Shown: positions 12,761 through 25,325 of the stretch, piece by piece
Position numbering within the stretch: position 1 is the stretch's first letter
Layout of the letters: each line of letters starts with the position of its first letter
Source: Octopus sinensis
Taxonomy: Eukaryota
Direction: 5' to 3'
DNA length: 64,000 nucleotides
NCBI RefSeq assembly: GCF_006345805.1
Contig: NC_042997.1
Location: forward strand, 212,908,001-212,972,000
Notes under the pieces: model-generated
What the model saw: the letters and a program-made list of their open reading frames with translations, nothing else
Told to the model about the DNA's origin: nothing
Databases searched by the model: none
Position numbers and translations under genes: made by a program

Positions 12761-13014
12761 CAAGTTTTAAAACAGACAGCAGAAATTGTTGTTATTGTTG
12801 TTGTAATTTAGTTACCAGGTCAGCCTTGATACAGCAAAAATGTGATCATTAGTCTGGCAAGCCATGTTCATGAAGTCTTTCTAGTTTTTAGACACTGTCT
12901 ACCTGGGACTACATTATCTATTATGTCCTTCTTTTTAAGAAGGAGGAGGTATGAAATTTGGAGATGGTTTGACTGCTATTTCATGTAAGCTGTTCAGCTT
13001 CATTTACTCAATTA

Positions 13015-13019
13015 CTCTC

Positions 13020-13111
<92 letters not shown>

Positions 13112-13120
13112 TCTCTCTCT
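13015..13120. repeat. (CT)n microsatellite
   Basis: Direct reading. Confidence 0.97.
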
Positions 13121-13683
13121 CCTTCTCTATTGCTTAAATTACCTGTGGTCGGTTTCCCTCTCATCATATTTAAAGAGAAAACATAGAGTGTGACAGGTTG
13201 ATTCTAGTTTGCAGGACTTAACAAAGATGGGCATTAATTGTAAAAAATTAAGAAAATATTATTTCTATCTGTGATTAATATTTTAATTAAAATCCTTGTT
13301 AATAAACAGAATAAAACAGACAGTAATAAAATGGAGGGAAAATAAGATTCACAGTTTCCCAATTAGGAGAATTAACTAAACTGGACAAGTCTAAACTGAC
13401 TGAAACATGTGTGCAGTTGTCTCCCTTTGTTGCCAAAATCATGATAGATACCATTAATCATTAAACTTCTTCCCACCACTTAAGTGTTATCAGTTAATTA
13501 AATATACTATTCCATGTTACTTAATAATGATGGTACAAACTTGAGTCACTAGTGGGATGAGGGTCACACATGTCCAGAACTTCATAACTTTTTCATGATT
13601 TATCTTTAAAAAACACTAACAACCGATTGCTGTTGCTACCCCTACTGCTACTGCTGCTATGGTTGTTTCTGCTGTTGCTGCTG

Positions 13684-14055
13684 TTTGTTTGTTGAGCGAA
13701 ACGGTCTTCGTCCCAGTGTAGTGGGAGAAGTCCGAAACGTGGTCCTTTGCTATTCGTAAGACCCGCAGAAGAGAAAGCAGGTCAACCCCTGACACCGAGA
13801 GCATCGACAGATGGATGAATGCACATCCAGGCTCAGAAGTTGCGTAGGGAAGTCGGGGACAAGAAACAGGAAGAAAGTGTGGGAGAAAGTTGGGGCAAAA
13901 GAGTACAACAGGGGTCTCCACCACCCCCTGCCAGAGCCTCGTGGAGCTTTAGGTGTTTTCGCTTAATAAACACACACAACACCCAGTCTGGGAATCGAAA
14001 CCATGATCCTCTGACCGTGAGTCCGCTGCCCTAACCATTGGGCTATTGCGCCTCC
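13684..14055 (-). mobile_element. tRNA(Arg)-like SINE, family R with tail B
   Basis: Same head and core as 4067 but a different 3' half ending (CAAA)n, which matches 24932-25325. Flanked by CAG/CTG repeats. Confidence 0.9.
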
Positions 14056-14359
14056 TGCTGCTGCTGTTGTTGGTGAGGGGAATGCACATGAGTTTAAGAA
14101 GCATGCTTCCCACCAAAGCAGCCAGCCTTTGTCAACTGCTCTGAATCAGTTGTCTTCATAAAGTCCAAATGCCTTTTTGCTTCCATTCTCCTCAAGGATA
14201 TTGTCATAATTTCCTTTGAAGGCATCAGATACCTGATTTCCAGAATTGTTGGAATCTCAAACACCTGTATGCTGAAAATGTTGTGTCAAACTACCTTACA
14301 GGATAATCAAACTCCAAGATTTCCTTCAGTTGAATTCCAATACTGCTTTCCATCTAAAA

Positions 14360-14949
14360 ATACATACATACATACAGACATACACACATACATACATACA
14401 TACATACATACATACATACATACATACATACATACATACACACAAACACACACAAACATACATACATACATACATACAGACATACATACACACACACATA
14501 CATACATACATACACACACACATACATACATACATACACACACACATACATACACACACACATACATACATACATACACACACACATACATACATACATA
14601 CACACACATACATACACACACACACACATACATACATACATACATACATACGTACACACACACACATACATACATACATACATACAGACATACACACACA
14701 CATACATACATACATACATACATACACACACACATACATACACACACACATACATACATACATACATACACACACACACATACATACATACATACATACA
14801 CACACACATACATACATACATACACACACAAACATACATACATACATACACACACAAACATACACACATACATACATACATACATACATGCAGACATACG
14901 CACACACATACATACATACATACATACATGCAGACATACACACACACAT

Positions 14950-14986
<37 letters not shown>

Positions 14987-15051
14987 TACATACATACATA
15001 CATACATACATACATGCAGACATACGCACACAGATACATACATACATACAT

Positions 15052-15082
<31 letters not shown>

Positions 15083-15211
15083 TACATACATACATACATA
15101 CATACACACATACACACACACATACATACATACATACATACATGCAGACATACGCACACACATACATACATACATACATACATACATACATGCAGCCATA
15201 CATACACACAT

Positions 15212-15246
<35 letters not shown>

Positions 15247-15271
15247 TACATACATACATACATACATACAT
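14360..15271. repeat. (CATA)n/(CA)n compound microsatellite, about 0.9 kb
   Basis: Direct reading. It accounts for the HTYI/MYVC ORFs. Confidence 0.97.
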
Positions 15272-17090
15272 AGCTGAATCACTTCCAGAACCAGAGAAGA
15301 TTATAACCAAATTGTTTCTGGAACTTGAGAAGAAATTCCAGGTGTGGAAGCAAGATCTAGAATCAAAGGTGCCTTAAGAGTTAATCTAGCAAAAACCAAA
15401 TTCTTAGTATGTTGGAAAGCAGACAAATCTCAAATCCCTTCAGGTAGATGACCCTGCTCAATCTGTAGAAAAGGCAAAGGTAGAAACTCCATAAGTTGCA
15501 CCCAGTGTAAGCTATGAACACATAAGAGGTGCAGCAATATCAGTGGAATGTTAACAGGGAAAATAGATTTTTGTGTGTGGAAGGTGCACAGATACAATCA
15601 ACACTATAAATGTACAGAAAATAAACTCCGTGGCACATAAAAACACCATCCGAAGACCCGGCAAGACTAGTCAGGCCATAACCTGTGGTCCCTACCTGGG
15701 ACGTAGTCAGTCCACCTGTGCATACCTTCCTTCTTGTGACAATTGTGAAGACCTGTTGAGGCAAGTGAAAATCAAATCAAATCAAATCAAATCAAATCAA
15801 AACAAATCAAAATAGATGAACATTAATGGAATTTGTATCTTTGTGGTACCAGTGCCGGTGGCACGCAAGAAAACCATCTGAACGTGGCCGTAGCCAGTAC
15901 CGCATCGACTGGCCTCCGTGCTGTGGGCACGTAACAAACACCATCCGATCGTGGCCGTTGGCCAGTCTCATCTGGCACTTATGTCGGTGGCACATAAAAA
16001 CACCATCCGAAGACCCGGCAAGACTATTCAGGCCATAACCCGTGGCCCCTACCGGGACGTAGTCAGTCCAACCTGTGCATACCTTCCTCTTGTGACACTT
16101 GTGAAGACCTGTTGAGGCAAGTGAAAATCAAAACAAATCAAAATAGATGAACATCAATGGAATTTGTATCTTTGTGGTACCAGTGCCGGTGGTGGCACAC
16201 AAGAAAACCATCCGAACGTGGCGTAGCCAGTACCGCACATCGACTGCCTCCGTGTTGTGGGCACATAACAAACACCATCCGATCGTGGCCGTTGGCCAGC
16301 CTCATCTGGCACCTGTGTCAGTGGCACATAAAAACACCATCCGAGCGTGGCCGTCTGCCAGCCTCGTCTGGCACCTGTGTCGGTGGCACATAAAAACACC
16401 ATCCGAGCGTGGCCGTTTGCCAGCCTCGTCTGGCACCTGTGTCGGTGGCACATAAATCACCCACTACACACTCGGAGTGGTTGGCGTTAGGAAGGGCATC
16501 CAGCTGTAGAAACACTGCCAGATCTGACTGGACTGGTGCAGCCTTCGGGCTCCCCAGACCCCAGTTGAACCATCCAACCCATGCTAGCATGGAAAGCGGA
16601 CGTTAAATGATGATGATGATGATGATGAAATGCCAGTGGGGAAAACTAGAAGTAGTTGATAGCTTCCGTTACCTAGGCGACCAAGTCAACAATGAAGTAG
16701 AAGCTCTGTGATCGTAGCTGCTAGAATATGAACGGGCTGGGAAAAAGTTCCTACCTCTGTTGGTAATAAAGGGCCTCTTCCTCAGAATGAAAGGTAGATT
16801 GTATGATGCCTATGTGTGAACAGCCATGCTACATGGCTGTAGAACATGGGCTGTGACCACCAAAGATATGTACAGGCCTGAAAGAAATGAAGCTAGTATG
16901 TTTTACTGGATGTGCAATGTCAGTGTGAATGCACAAGAGTGTGAGCATCTTGAGAGAAAAGTTGGGCATAAGAGGCATCAGATGTAGTGTGCCAGAGAGA
17001 CAACTGAACTGGTGTGGTCATGTGATGTGTAAGGATGAGGACAGCCGTGTAAAGAAGTGCCGATCTCTAACTGTGGAGGGAACCTGTTCA
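15272..17090 (+). mobile_element. RTE-clade ORF2 fragment (15272-15629 and 16627-17090), split by a younger RTE 3'-UTR insertion
   Basis: Reads LEKKFQVWKQDLESK..RVNLAKTK..PCSICRKG..CTQCKL*THKRC..CGRC before the insertion and LEVVDSFRYLGDQV..GRLYDA after it. Confidence 0.88.
15630..16626 (+). mobile_element. RTE 3'-UTR insertion with an internal ~357-bp tandem duplication, 62-bp repeats, a (CAAAT)n tract and a (GAT)n tail
   Basis: GTGGCACATAAAAACACCATCCGAAGACCC occurs at 15630 and 15987. 62-bp units start at 16321, 16383 and 16445. The terminus is GGACGTTAAATGATGATG. Confidence 0.88.
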
Positions 17091-17142
17091 TATTATAGTA
17101 TTTAATTTCTAATACAATTTTTTTTTTAAATTAATAATATAA

Positions 17143-18078
17143 CAAGGGCCTCTCGCTCAGAGTGAAAGGCAGACTGTACTACGCATGTGTGCAAACAGCC
17201 ATGCTACACAGCAGTGAAACATGGGCTGTGACTGCTGAGGACATGTGTAAGCTGGCAAGAAATAAGGCTAGTAAGCTCCACTGGATGTGTAATGTCAGTG
17301 TAGATACACGATAGAGTGTAAGCACCCTGAGAGAAATGTTGGACATGAGAAGCATCAGATGTGGTGTGCAAGAGAGACGTTTGCATTGGTATGGTGATGT
17401 GTTGTGTATGGATGAGGACACCTGTGTGAAAAAGTGTCACATCCTAACAGTGGAGGGAACTTGTGGAAGAGATAGACACAGGAAGACCTGGGATGAGGTG
17501 GTGAAGCACGATCTTCGAGTGTTGAACTTCACAGAGGCAATGACAAGTGACCAAGACCTTTGGAGATATGCTGCGCTTGAGAAGACCCAGCAAGCCAAGT
17601 GAGACTATGACCGTGACCTATGCCAGTGTAGCATAACTGACCCATTTAAGAGTACCCTTCAATCATTGGGCAATAAGCTGTCCTTGAAAAGGCCTGTTGA
17701 GTCAAGTGAAATCATTGTCGTGGCTGATGTCAGTACTGCCTGACTGGCACCCATGCCGGTGGCACGTAAAAAGCACCATTCAAGCATGATTGATGCCAGT
17801 GACACCAGACTGGCTCCTGTGCTGATGGCACATAAAAAGCATCTTCCGAGCATGGTTGATGCCAGTGTCGCCTGACTGGCCCGCATGCTGGTGACATGTA
17901 AAAAGCACCCACTACACTCTCGGAGAAGTTGGCATTAGAAAGGGGATCCAGCTGTAGAAACTCTGCCAGATCAGATTGGAGTCTGGTGCAGCCACCTGGT
18001 TCGCCAGTCCTCAGTTAAACCGTCCAACCCATGCTAGCATGGAAAGCGGATGTTAAACGATGGTGATGATGATGATGA
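17143..18078 (+). mobile_element. 5'-truncated RTE LINE: ORF2 C-terminus, 3' UTR and (GAT)n tail
   Basis: Translates as GLSLRVKGRLY..AMLHSSETWA..RRLHWYGDVL..GRDRHRKTWDEVVKHDL, followed by the shared 3' UTR. Confidence 0.92.
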
Positions 18079-18650
18079 GGAGGAGGGGTATTTGGGGTGA
18101 ATTTATTAGTTTAAGAAGAACTAGTATAAGACACAAGTGAGAATATGTGTGTGTATGTGTGTGTGCATATGAGAAGTGTGTGAGTATATATAGATATGTG
18201 TATGTGTGTATGAGTGTGTATGTGTGTGCTAGTAAGATGAGCATATCCTTGTGTGTATGTGTGTGAGTGAGAGTATGTCCCTGTGTGTGTGTGGGTGTGA
18301 GAATGTGTACATAACCACAATACCATCCAACATGTTGAGGCAGACCTCTGCTGTAAGAATCCCTCAGCTTCTATTTATATTGTTAAATGGCAAAACATTG
18401 TTCTATGCAGTGAAGCTAGAAAATTAAGGAAAATAATGTTTTATCATTCATAAAAAAAAAAAAAACAGCCAGAAATCACTTTTAAATAAAAACTTTTCTG
18501 GTTAAAGGATTGTAATATAACGAATTCTATGGTGTTGAAAGATAATTAATGATGCAGAACAATAAAAAAAATATGTTTATTTAATATTTCAGATTTAATA
18601 ATTTCTAAACTGAAAACTATGCAATGTGAAAAAACAAAAAACCATACATA

Positions 18651-19053
18651 GGCGCAGGAGTGGCTGTGTGGTAAGTAGCTTGCTAACCAACCATATGGTT
18701 CTGAGTTCAGTCCCACTGCGTGGCAAGTGTCTTCTGCTATAGCCCCGGGCCGACCAATGCCTTGTGAGTGGATTTGGTAGAGGGAAACTGAAAGAAGCCT
18801 ATCGTATATATGTATATATATATGTGTGTGTGTGTGTGTATGTGTGTGTGTTTGTGTGTGTGTGTTTGTCCCCCTAGCATTGCTTGACAACCGATGCTGG
18901 TGTGTTTACGTCCCCGTCACTTAGCGGTTCGGCAAAAAGAGACTGATAGAATAAGTACTGGGCTTACAAAGAATAAGTCCCGGGGTCGATTTGCTCGACT
19001 AAAGGTGGTGCTCCAGCATGGTCACAGTCAAATGACTGAAACAAGTAAAAGAG
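18651..19053 (+). mobile_element. SINE family C
   Basis: Full-length match to 2020-2438. Confidence 0.92.
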
Positions 19054-19659
19054 TATAAGACTTAACGATGACTCTATACATGATAAAGACGGAGCGGATT
19101 TGGTTGTGTGCAAGTCTGTCTTGTTATGTGGCTTTAACTCTAATTTCCCATTTTTACAACAGCTAGAAGGGGAAGTGAGATAAATAATCCCATGGATAGG
19201 AAGCTAAGTAAGCACAACTAACTTTTCCACGAAAGCATTTTGGTGTTCTGCTTCTTTAACAAGTTGAGGTTAATGGGGGTGGCCCCACCCTCCTCAGGTC
19301 CTTCCACACTTATTCTCTTACTCAAACAATTGGCGCAAATAAAATGGTTTGTTTTTAGGAACATTGAAACATTTGTTACTGATGTTACTGCTACTATGAT
19401 GATGATGAAATTAGTGGTGGTGGCCATGGATAGAGGCGGTGATGATGACAGCAATGGTGATGATGATGATAATGGTGATTAAGGTGGTGCTGCTATTGCT
19501 GCTGCTGATGATGATGATGATGGAACTTCTAACAATTTTTACTCGTTTCTTACCAAAGATAACAGTGTCAATGTTAATTGTTTCATGAGAATAAATTAAT
19601 TAGATTTGACCTACTTATAATTATGACCTTTTTTATAATTATGATGAGAAGATATTTTT

Positions 19660-19985
19660 TCAAGTGTTGGGCCTCAGGGAAGCAATGACCAAGACCTTTG
19701 GCATTATGTCATGCTTGAGAAGAAGACCCATCAAACCAAGCAAAATCACAGTCATGGCAGACACCAGTGCCATGCAAACTGGCACCTGTGCCAGTGGCAT
19801 GTGTAAAAAGATTTGAGCGAGGTCATTGCCAGTACTGCCTGACTGGCTCCATGCCAGTGGCACGTAAAAAGCACCCATTACACTATCAGAGTGGCTGGCA
19901 TTAAGAAGGGCATCCAGCTGAAGAAACTCTGCCAGATCAAGATTGGAGCCTGGTGCAGCCATCTGGTTCAACAGACCTCAGTCAA
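19660..19985 (+). mobile_element. RTE 3' fragment
   Basis: GACCAAGACCTTTGG..GAAGGGCATCCAGCTG, matching 17550-18010. Confidence 0.8.
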
Positions 19986-20399
19986 AATGTTTTTTAATGG
20001 TAAAAGTGTAAAAACATCGTTATAAATTTCAACGTCGACAAATCAAAATTAAATTAAAATATTTCAATGTTGATAGAATATCATGTTCAAAACAGAAGGT
20101 GTAAGTTTGAAATTAAAGCTGTATATTAATTTGTTAGAGAATGTACAAGGTTCATTAATTTTAGTGGTGGTCGACAAGTCATACTGAAAAGAAAAAACTG
20201 TGAAAACACTTTTACCGTTGGAAAACAAAAAATATTGTTGAAACTAGTTTAGTACATATGTAAATAAATGTATTTTAAACATTCACGAGTTTTGAAATTT
20301 AAGTGCTTTTTCAGCAACACATTTTCCTATATATATATATATCAGCTGGGTGGTCAGTGTAAGGAAGGGCATCCAGCTGTAAAAATCCTATATATATTA

Positions 20400-20720
20400 T
20401 GGAGCACTCTGTTGGTAGCGATGATGAGAGTCCCAACTGATATAATCAATGGAACAGTTTACTCATGAAATTAACGTGCATGTGGCTGAGCACTCCACAG
20501 ACATGCATACCCTTTTACATATTTCTCAGGGAGATTCAGCGTGACACCAAGTGTGGCAAGGCTGGCCCCTTGAAATACAGATATGACTCATTTTTACCAG
20601 CTGAGTGGACAGGAGCAATGTGAAAAAGAAAGTGTCTTGTTCAAGGACACAGCACGCCACTGGGAATTGAACTCATGGCCCTATGATTGCAAGTCGAATA
20701 CCCTAACCACTAAGCCCCCA
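20400..20720 (-). mobile_element. Older tRNA-derived SINE with tail A but a different core
   Basis: 20400-20580 matches the tail A of family R. The core reads TGTCCTTGAACAAGACACTT..CCACTCAGCTGGTAAAAATGAGT on the minus strand. Confidence 0.75.
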
Positions 20721-20947
20721 TGCCCTCACGTATATGTTGGAGAGCATAGGCTCGAAACATAAAAGATTTTTCCATTTTTTCTGATCGTCAAAACATATAC
20801 ATTTGTTTGTTGTTCCTACACTTGTCTTCATCACTTGATTTTTTCTATAAATTTGAACCAAATATATAAATGTATAACCCATGCTAGCATGGAAAGCGGA
20901 CGTTAAATGATGATGATGATGATACATACATACATATATATACATAC

Positions 20948-21003
<56 letters not shown>

Positions 21004-21021
21004 CATACATACATACATACA

Positions 21022-21083
<62 letters not shown>

Positions 21084-21087
21084 ATAT

Positions 21088-21391
21088 ACCAGAGCTGGTG
21101 GCACATAAAAGAACCATCCGAACATGGCAGCTGCCAGCGCCGCCCCGACTGGCCTCCATGCCAGTGGCACGTAAAAAGCACCCACTACACTCACGGAGTG
21201 GTTGGCGTTAGGAAGGGCATCCAGCTGTAGAAACACTGCCAGATCAGATTGAAGCCTGGTGCAGCCTCCTGGCTTCCCAGACCCCAGTAGAACCAACCAA
21301 CCCATGCTAGCATGGAAAGCAGACATTAAACGATGATGATGATGAGATATATATATATATTATATAATAAATGTATGTACATATATATGTA

Positions 21392-21430
<39 letters not shown>

Positions 21431-21557
21431 TTAGCATTAGGAAGAGCATCCAGCTATAGAAACCATACCAAATCATACTGGAGTCTGGTGCAACCTTCCA
21501 GCTTGCCAGCCCTGGTCAAACCGTCCAACCCATGCCAGCATGGACAATGGACGTTAA

Positions 21558-21590
<33 letters not shown>
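21088..21590 (+). mobile_element. Two tandem RTE 3'-UTR copies with (GAT)n tails, separated by TA/TG microsatellite
   Basis: TTAGGAAG(G/A)GCATCCAGCT..CCAACCCATGC..GATGATG occurs twice. Confidence 0.82.
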
Positions 21591-21592
<2 letters not shown>

Positions 21593-21833
21593 ATATATAT
21601 ATGTGTGTGTGTGTGTGTGTATCTATATATGAAGTAAAAGCAGTGCTAATATAATAAATATTATTGAATATTATTATCCTAATGTATGTGCTTTGTGTAT
21701 CTCTCAGCATTTGCAACCGCTGGAAAATACCCAAAGCATATCTACATCAGTAAATGTATTTCACAATATTTATTATAGTAGAGCTGCTTTTACATAATGT
21801 GTAAATTTTCCCTTGGGTATGCAATTTCCAGGT

Positions 21834-22064
21834 ATACCTATTTCTTTACTACCCACAAGGGGCTAAACAAAGAGAGGACAAACAAGGATGGACAAACGGA
21901 TTAAGTCGATCATATCGACCCCAGTGCGTAACTGGTACTTATTTAATCGACCCCGAAAGGATGAAAGGCAAAATCGACCTCAGCGGAATTTGAACTCAGA
22001 ACATAGCGACAGATGAAATACTGATGAGCATTTCGCCCGACGTGCTAACGATTCTGCCAGCTCG
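21834..22064 (-). mobile_element. tRNA-derived SINE, family M (core ..GCCTTTCATCCTTTCGGGGTCGAT..AAGTACCAG)
   Basis: The minus strand has an A-box-like GAGCTGGCAGAATCG, a B-box-like GAGTTCAAATTCC and a AATAAAGAAATAGG-type tail. The core recalls Meta/Sauria-type SINE domains (from memory). Confidence 0.9.
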
Positions 22065-22390
22065 TGATTCTACAAGCTGTGAGCCTACATGTCGTTGAAA
22101 TGGCTGGCTGACTTGCCTTCAGCCCAGACGATTAGGTGGTATTGATAAGCCACAAAAATTGGTGAAACCTCGATGTCCATCTCTCATTCATAGCCCATAT
22201 CTTATAGTGATGCTGTGGTCCCAATTCGCCAAATTCTCTTTACCAATTTCAGATAACATCCTTCATTCTCCGAATTTTCGTCATTACAACAAAACACTCT
22301 CTCTCCAATTTCACATCAAACTGCTTCACCATATTTTCTAGAACTTGCTATTGTCGTCAAGAATTAGCTCTGAGTCAACTTTGATTCAAT

Positions 22391-22776
22391 GTGTGGAAGC
22401 ACTCCGTCGGTTACGACGATGAGGGTTCCGGTTGATCCGAATCAACGGAACAGCCTGCTCGTGAAATTAACGTGTAAGTGGCTGAGCACTCCACAGACAC
22501 GTGTACCCTTAACGTAGTTCTCGGGGATATTCAGTGTGACACAGAGAGTGACAAGGCCGGCCCTTTGAAATACAGGTACAACAGAAACAGGAAGTAAGAG
22601 TGAGAGAAAGTCGTGGTGAAAGAGTACAGCAGGGATCACCACCATCCCCTGCCGGAGCCTCGTGGAGCTTTAGGTGTTTTCGCTCAATAAACACTCACAA
22701 CACCCGGTCTGGGAATCAAAACCGCGATCCTATGACCGCGAGTCCGCTGCCCTAACCACTGGGCCATTGTGCCTCC
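22391..22776 (-). mobile_element. SINE family R tail A with a 13-bp TSD
   Basis: ACTTTGATTCAAT at 22378-22390 and 22777-22789. Confidence 0.95.
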
Positions 22777-23604
22777 ACTTTGATTCAATACACTATATGG
22801 CAATCAACATTCCAACAATGACCACCTCATCTTTTTTTTGATTCAATACACTTTATGGCAATCAACATTCCAACAATGACCACCTCATCTTTTTCTTACC
22901 GACAGTGTTTCTTGTGTTATGCTAACCAATGTATCTTACTTTTTCAAAAAGTAAGGTGTAATTTGAGGAATGTTTAGCTGCTATTTCTAGCATGTTGAGC
23001 AACCATCATATAGTAGTTCTCTTAATTGATTCATAAATATTTCTGTTAATGAAGAAAATTGTTGAAAAAGATGATATTTTCCAGCAGTTGAAGATGAAAG
23101 TTTGGATTAAACATAATGGCTGTGGAATTGGTGAAGGGAATTTAGTGAAGAATATTTGAATTGAAATGGGTTTTAAACTTCCCAAACTGGATTAAGAATT
23201 TTAAAATTTCATTATGAGTAATTAAAGACTTTACAGTTTAATTTGTTATATATTAACAAATAGACAAACAATTAATTCTGAGTTTCTGCCTGACCATGTG
23301 TGTATTACTTCCACACCATAAAACGTGTTTATAGGGAGAAAAATACTGAAAAATATCAATATATGTGAGAGAGAGAGACAAAGAAACAAGGAAGGTGGTC
23401 GTGTGATATGCTAAGAACAACAGCCAAATCTCCCCTAAATTACGCACCTTTTCACCTGAATATATTTGCAGGTTTTTTTTTTTTTTTTCACTAAAAGGGC
23501 TTCTTGCAAGGTTTTTAAGTCTGTAGTGACAAAAACAAAATTGGTCCAAATTGGTCCAGATTGGGGTGGTGAAAGGATGAAGTGAAAAAAATCATAAATT
23601 TTCA

Positions 23605-23876
23605 AAAATTACAGAGATGTACTTGCATAGCAAGTGACCTGATCTGAGATCGTGTGCTGGAACGAAAACAATTGCAGTGTGGAAGGTGTTTATAAGCCAT
23701 TTAAGAAACACACAAAAACCATTAGATGCAGCACGAAGTTTTGTCAGCAAACAGGTCGCGGTCTCAAAGCAGCGAAAATATTTTGACAAATTAAATTTAA
23801 ATGTTGAAGTGAATCTAACGGTTTTTGTGTGTTTCTTAAATGGCTTATAAACACCTTCCATGCTGCAATTGTTTTC
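23605..23876. mobile_element. Penelope-like terminal-repeat fragment with an inverted partial copy
   Basis: ~64-bp inverted repeats at 23664-23727 and 23813-23876 enclose a hammerhead-like fold. Confidence 0.6.
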
Positions 23877-24931
23877 AAAAGTTGTTTTTCAGGAAAAGAT
23901 GACCCCCATCAGAAGGCTGAGTGGGGTAAAAAATTGGAAAATTCTCCATCAAAACTGAGAAATTCCAACTTACATGGCCACTCTGATCCTAAAATGCTGA
24001 ATTTAGTGTTTTGGTAGATGAAAAAGAAAGAGATGAGTCAGTGGGAATGCGTGAGTGAAGACTGTAGAAGAGCAGTCAACAGTGGGAAACAGAAGCCTTT
24101 GAAGCAGCAATGGAAAAGGTGGAATGAGAAGTGATTGTGTGTCTGCAGGGGCGGGGGGCGGGGCAGCATGTCTGCAAGGGATTTTATGCCATTCAGTGAA
24201 GTGGTCGTTCTTTGGAGGCTGTTAAGTATGCCCAAAATGAATACAATATCAGTAGTGTGATAATTTGAAATGGATTGAGATGTCATAATAAATTCATTAA
24301 TTTATTAAAATATTTTCTTCGTATTTGATTATGGCTGTGACCACAGAATGTTTGGAATTTATTTCTTAATAATTTCTCTCCAACTTCACTTGACCTCCTT
24401 CTTTCTTTTCTCTTTTTTTCTTCTTTAATTAACATTCATAACGTGGCTTGTCTCTCCAATATTTATTCCCTGAACACTCTCACAGAAGATGCTATCTCAT
24501 GCAAATATAAATATGCAGCTTTCAACAATAATGGAAAACAAAGCATTTTTATAAATATTAACAATTCTTGGTGATGATGATGGTGGTGGTGGTGATGATG
24601 ATGTAGGATGAAAATCCTCCTCTTCCTCCTCCTTTTGATAATCATCATCATCATCATTGCTGTCATCTTTGTCATCCAGTCTCTTCTTATGATCAAGCTC
24701 CCCTCTTCCTCATTGACATGATCATAATCATCATCATCAATGTTATCGTCATCTTTATTATCTGACATTGTTGTCGTCATCATCTTCCTTTTTCCCCTTC
24801 CTCCTCCTCCTCCTCCTCATCATCATCATCATCACTGTCATAATTATCATTATCTGGAATGATTTTCCTCATTTCAAGCATGCTAACTCCCAGACTTCCC
24901 AGGCTCTCCTAGCAGCAGCAGCAGCAGCAGT

Positions 24932-25325
24932 GGAGGCGCAATGGCCCAGTGGTTAGGGCAGCGGACTTGGGGTTGGAGGATCGCGGTTTCGATTCCCAGA
25001 CCAGGCATTGCGTGTATTTATTGAGCAAAAACACCCAAAGCTTCACAAAGCTCCGGCAGGGGCTGGTGGCGACCCCTGTTGTACTCTTTCGCTCCAACTT
25101 TCTCTCACTCTCTCTTCCTGTTTCTTGTCCCCGACTTCCTACGCAACCGCTGAGCCTGGATGTGCATTCATCCATCCATCCGTCGATGCTCTCGGTGTCG
25201 GGGGTTGACCTGCTTTCTCTTCTGCGGTGACCTGCTTTCTCTTCTGCGGGTCTTATGAATAGCAAAGGACCCCGTTTCGGACTTCTCCCACTCGGACGAA
25301 GACCGCTTCGCTCAACAAACAAACA
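24932..25325 (+). mobile_element. SINE family R tail B, inserted in (CAG)n
   Basis: Matches 13684-14055. AGCAGCAGCAGT lies on both flanks. Confidence 0.9.

Noticed and set aside
13715-13790. GAAAC..GTC motifs in the antisense of SINE tail B as a type II/III hammerhead
   Set aside because: No CUGANGA follows the hairpins and stem II cannot close.
14269-15377. HTYI/MYVC ORFs
   Set aside because: Translations of the (CATA)n/(CA)n microsatellite.
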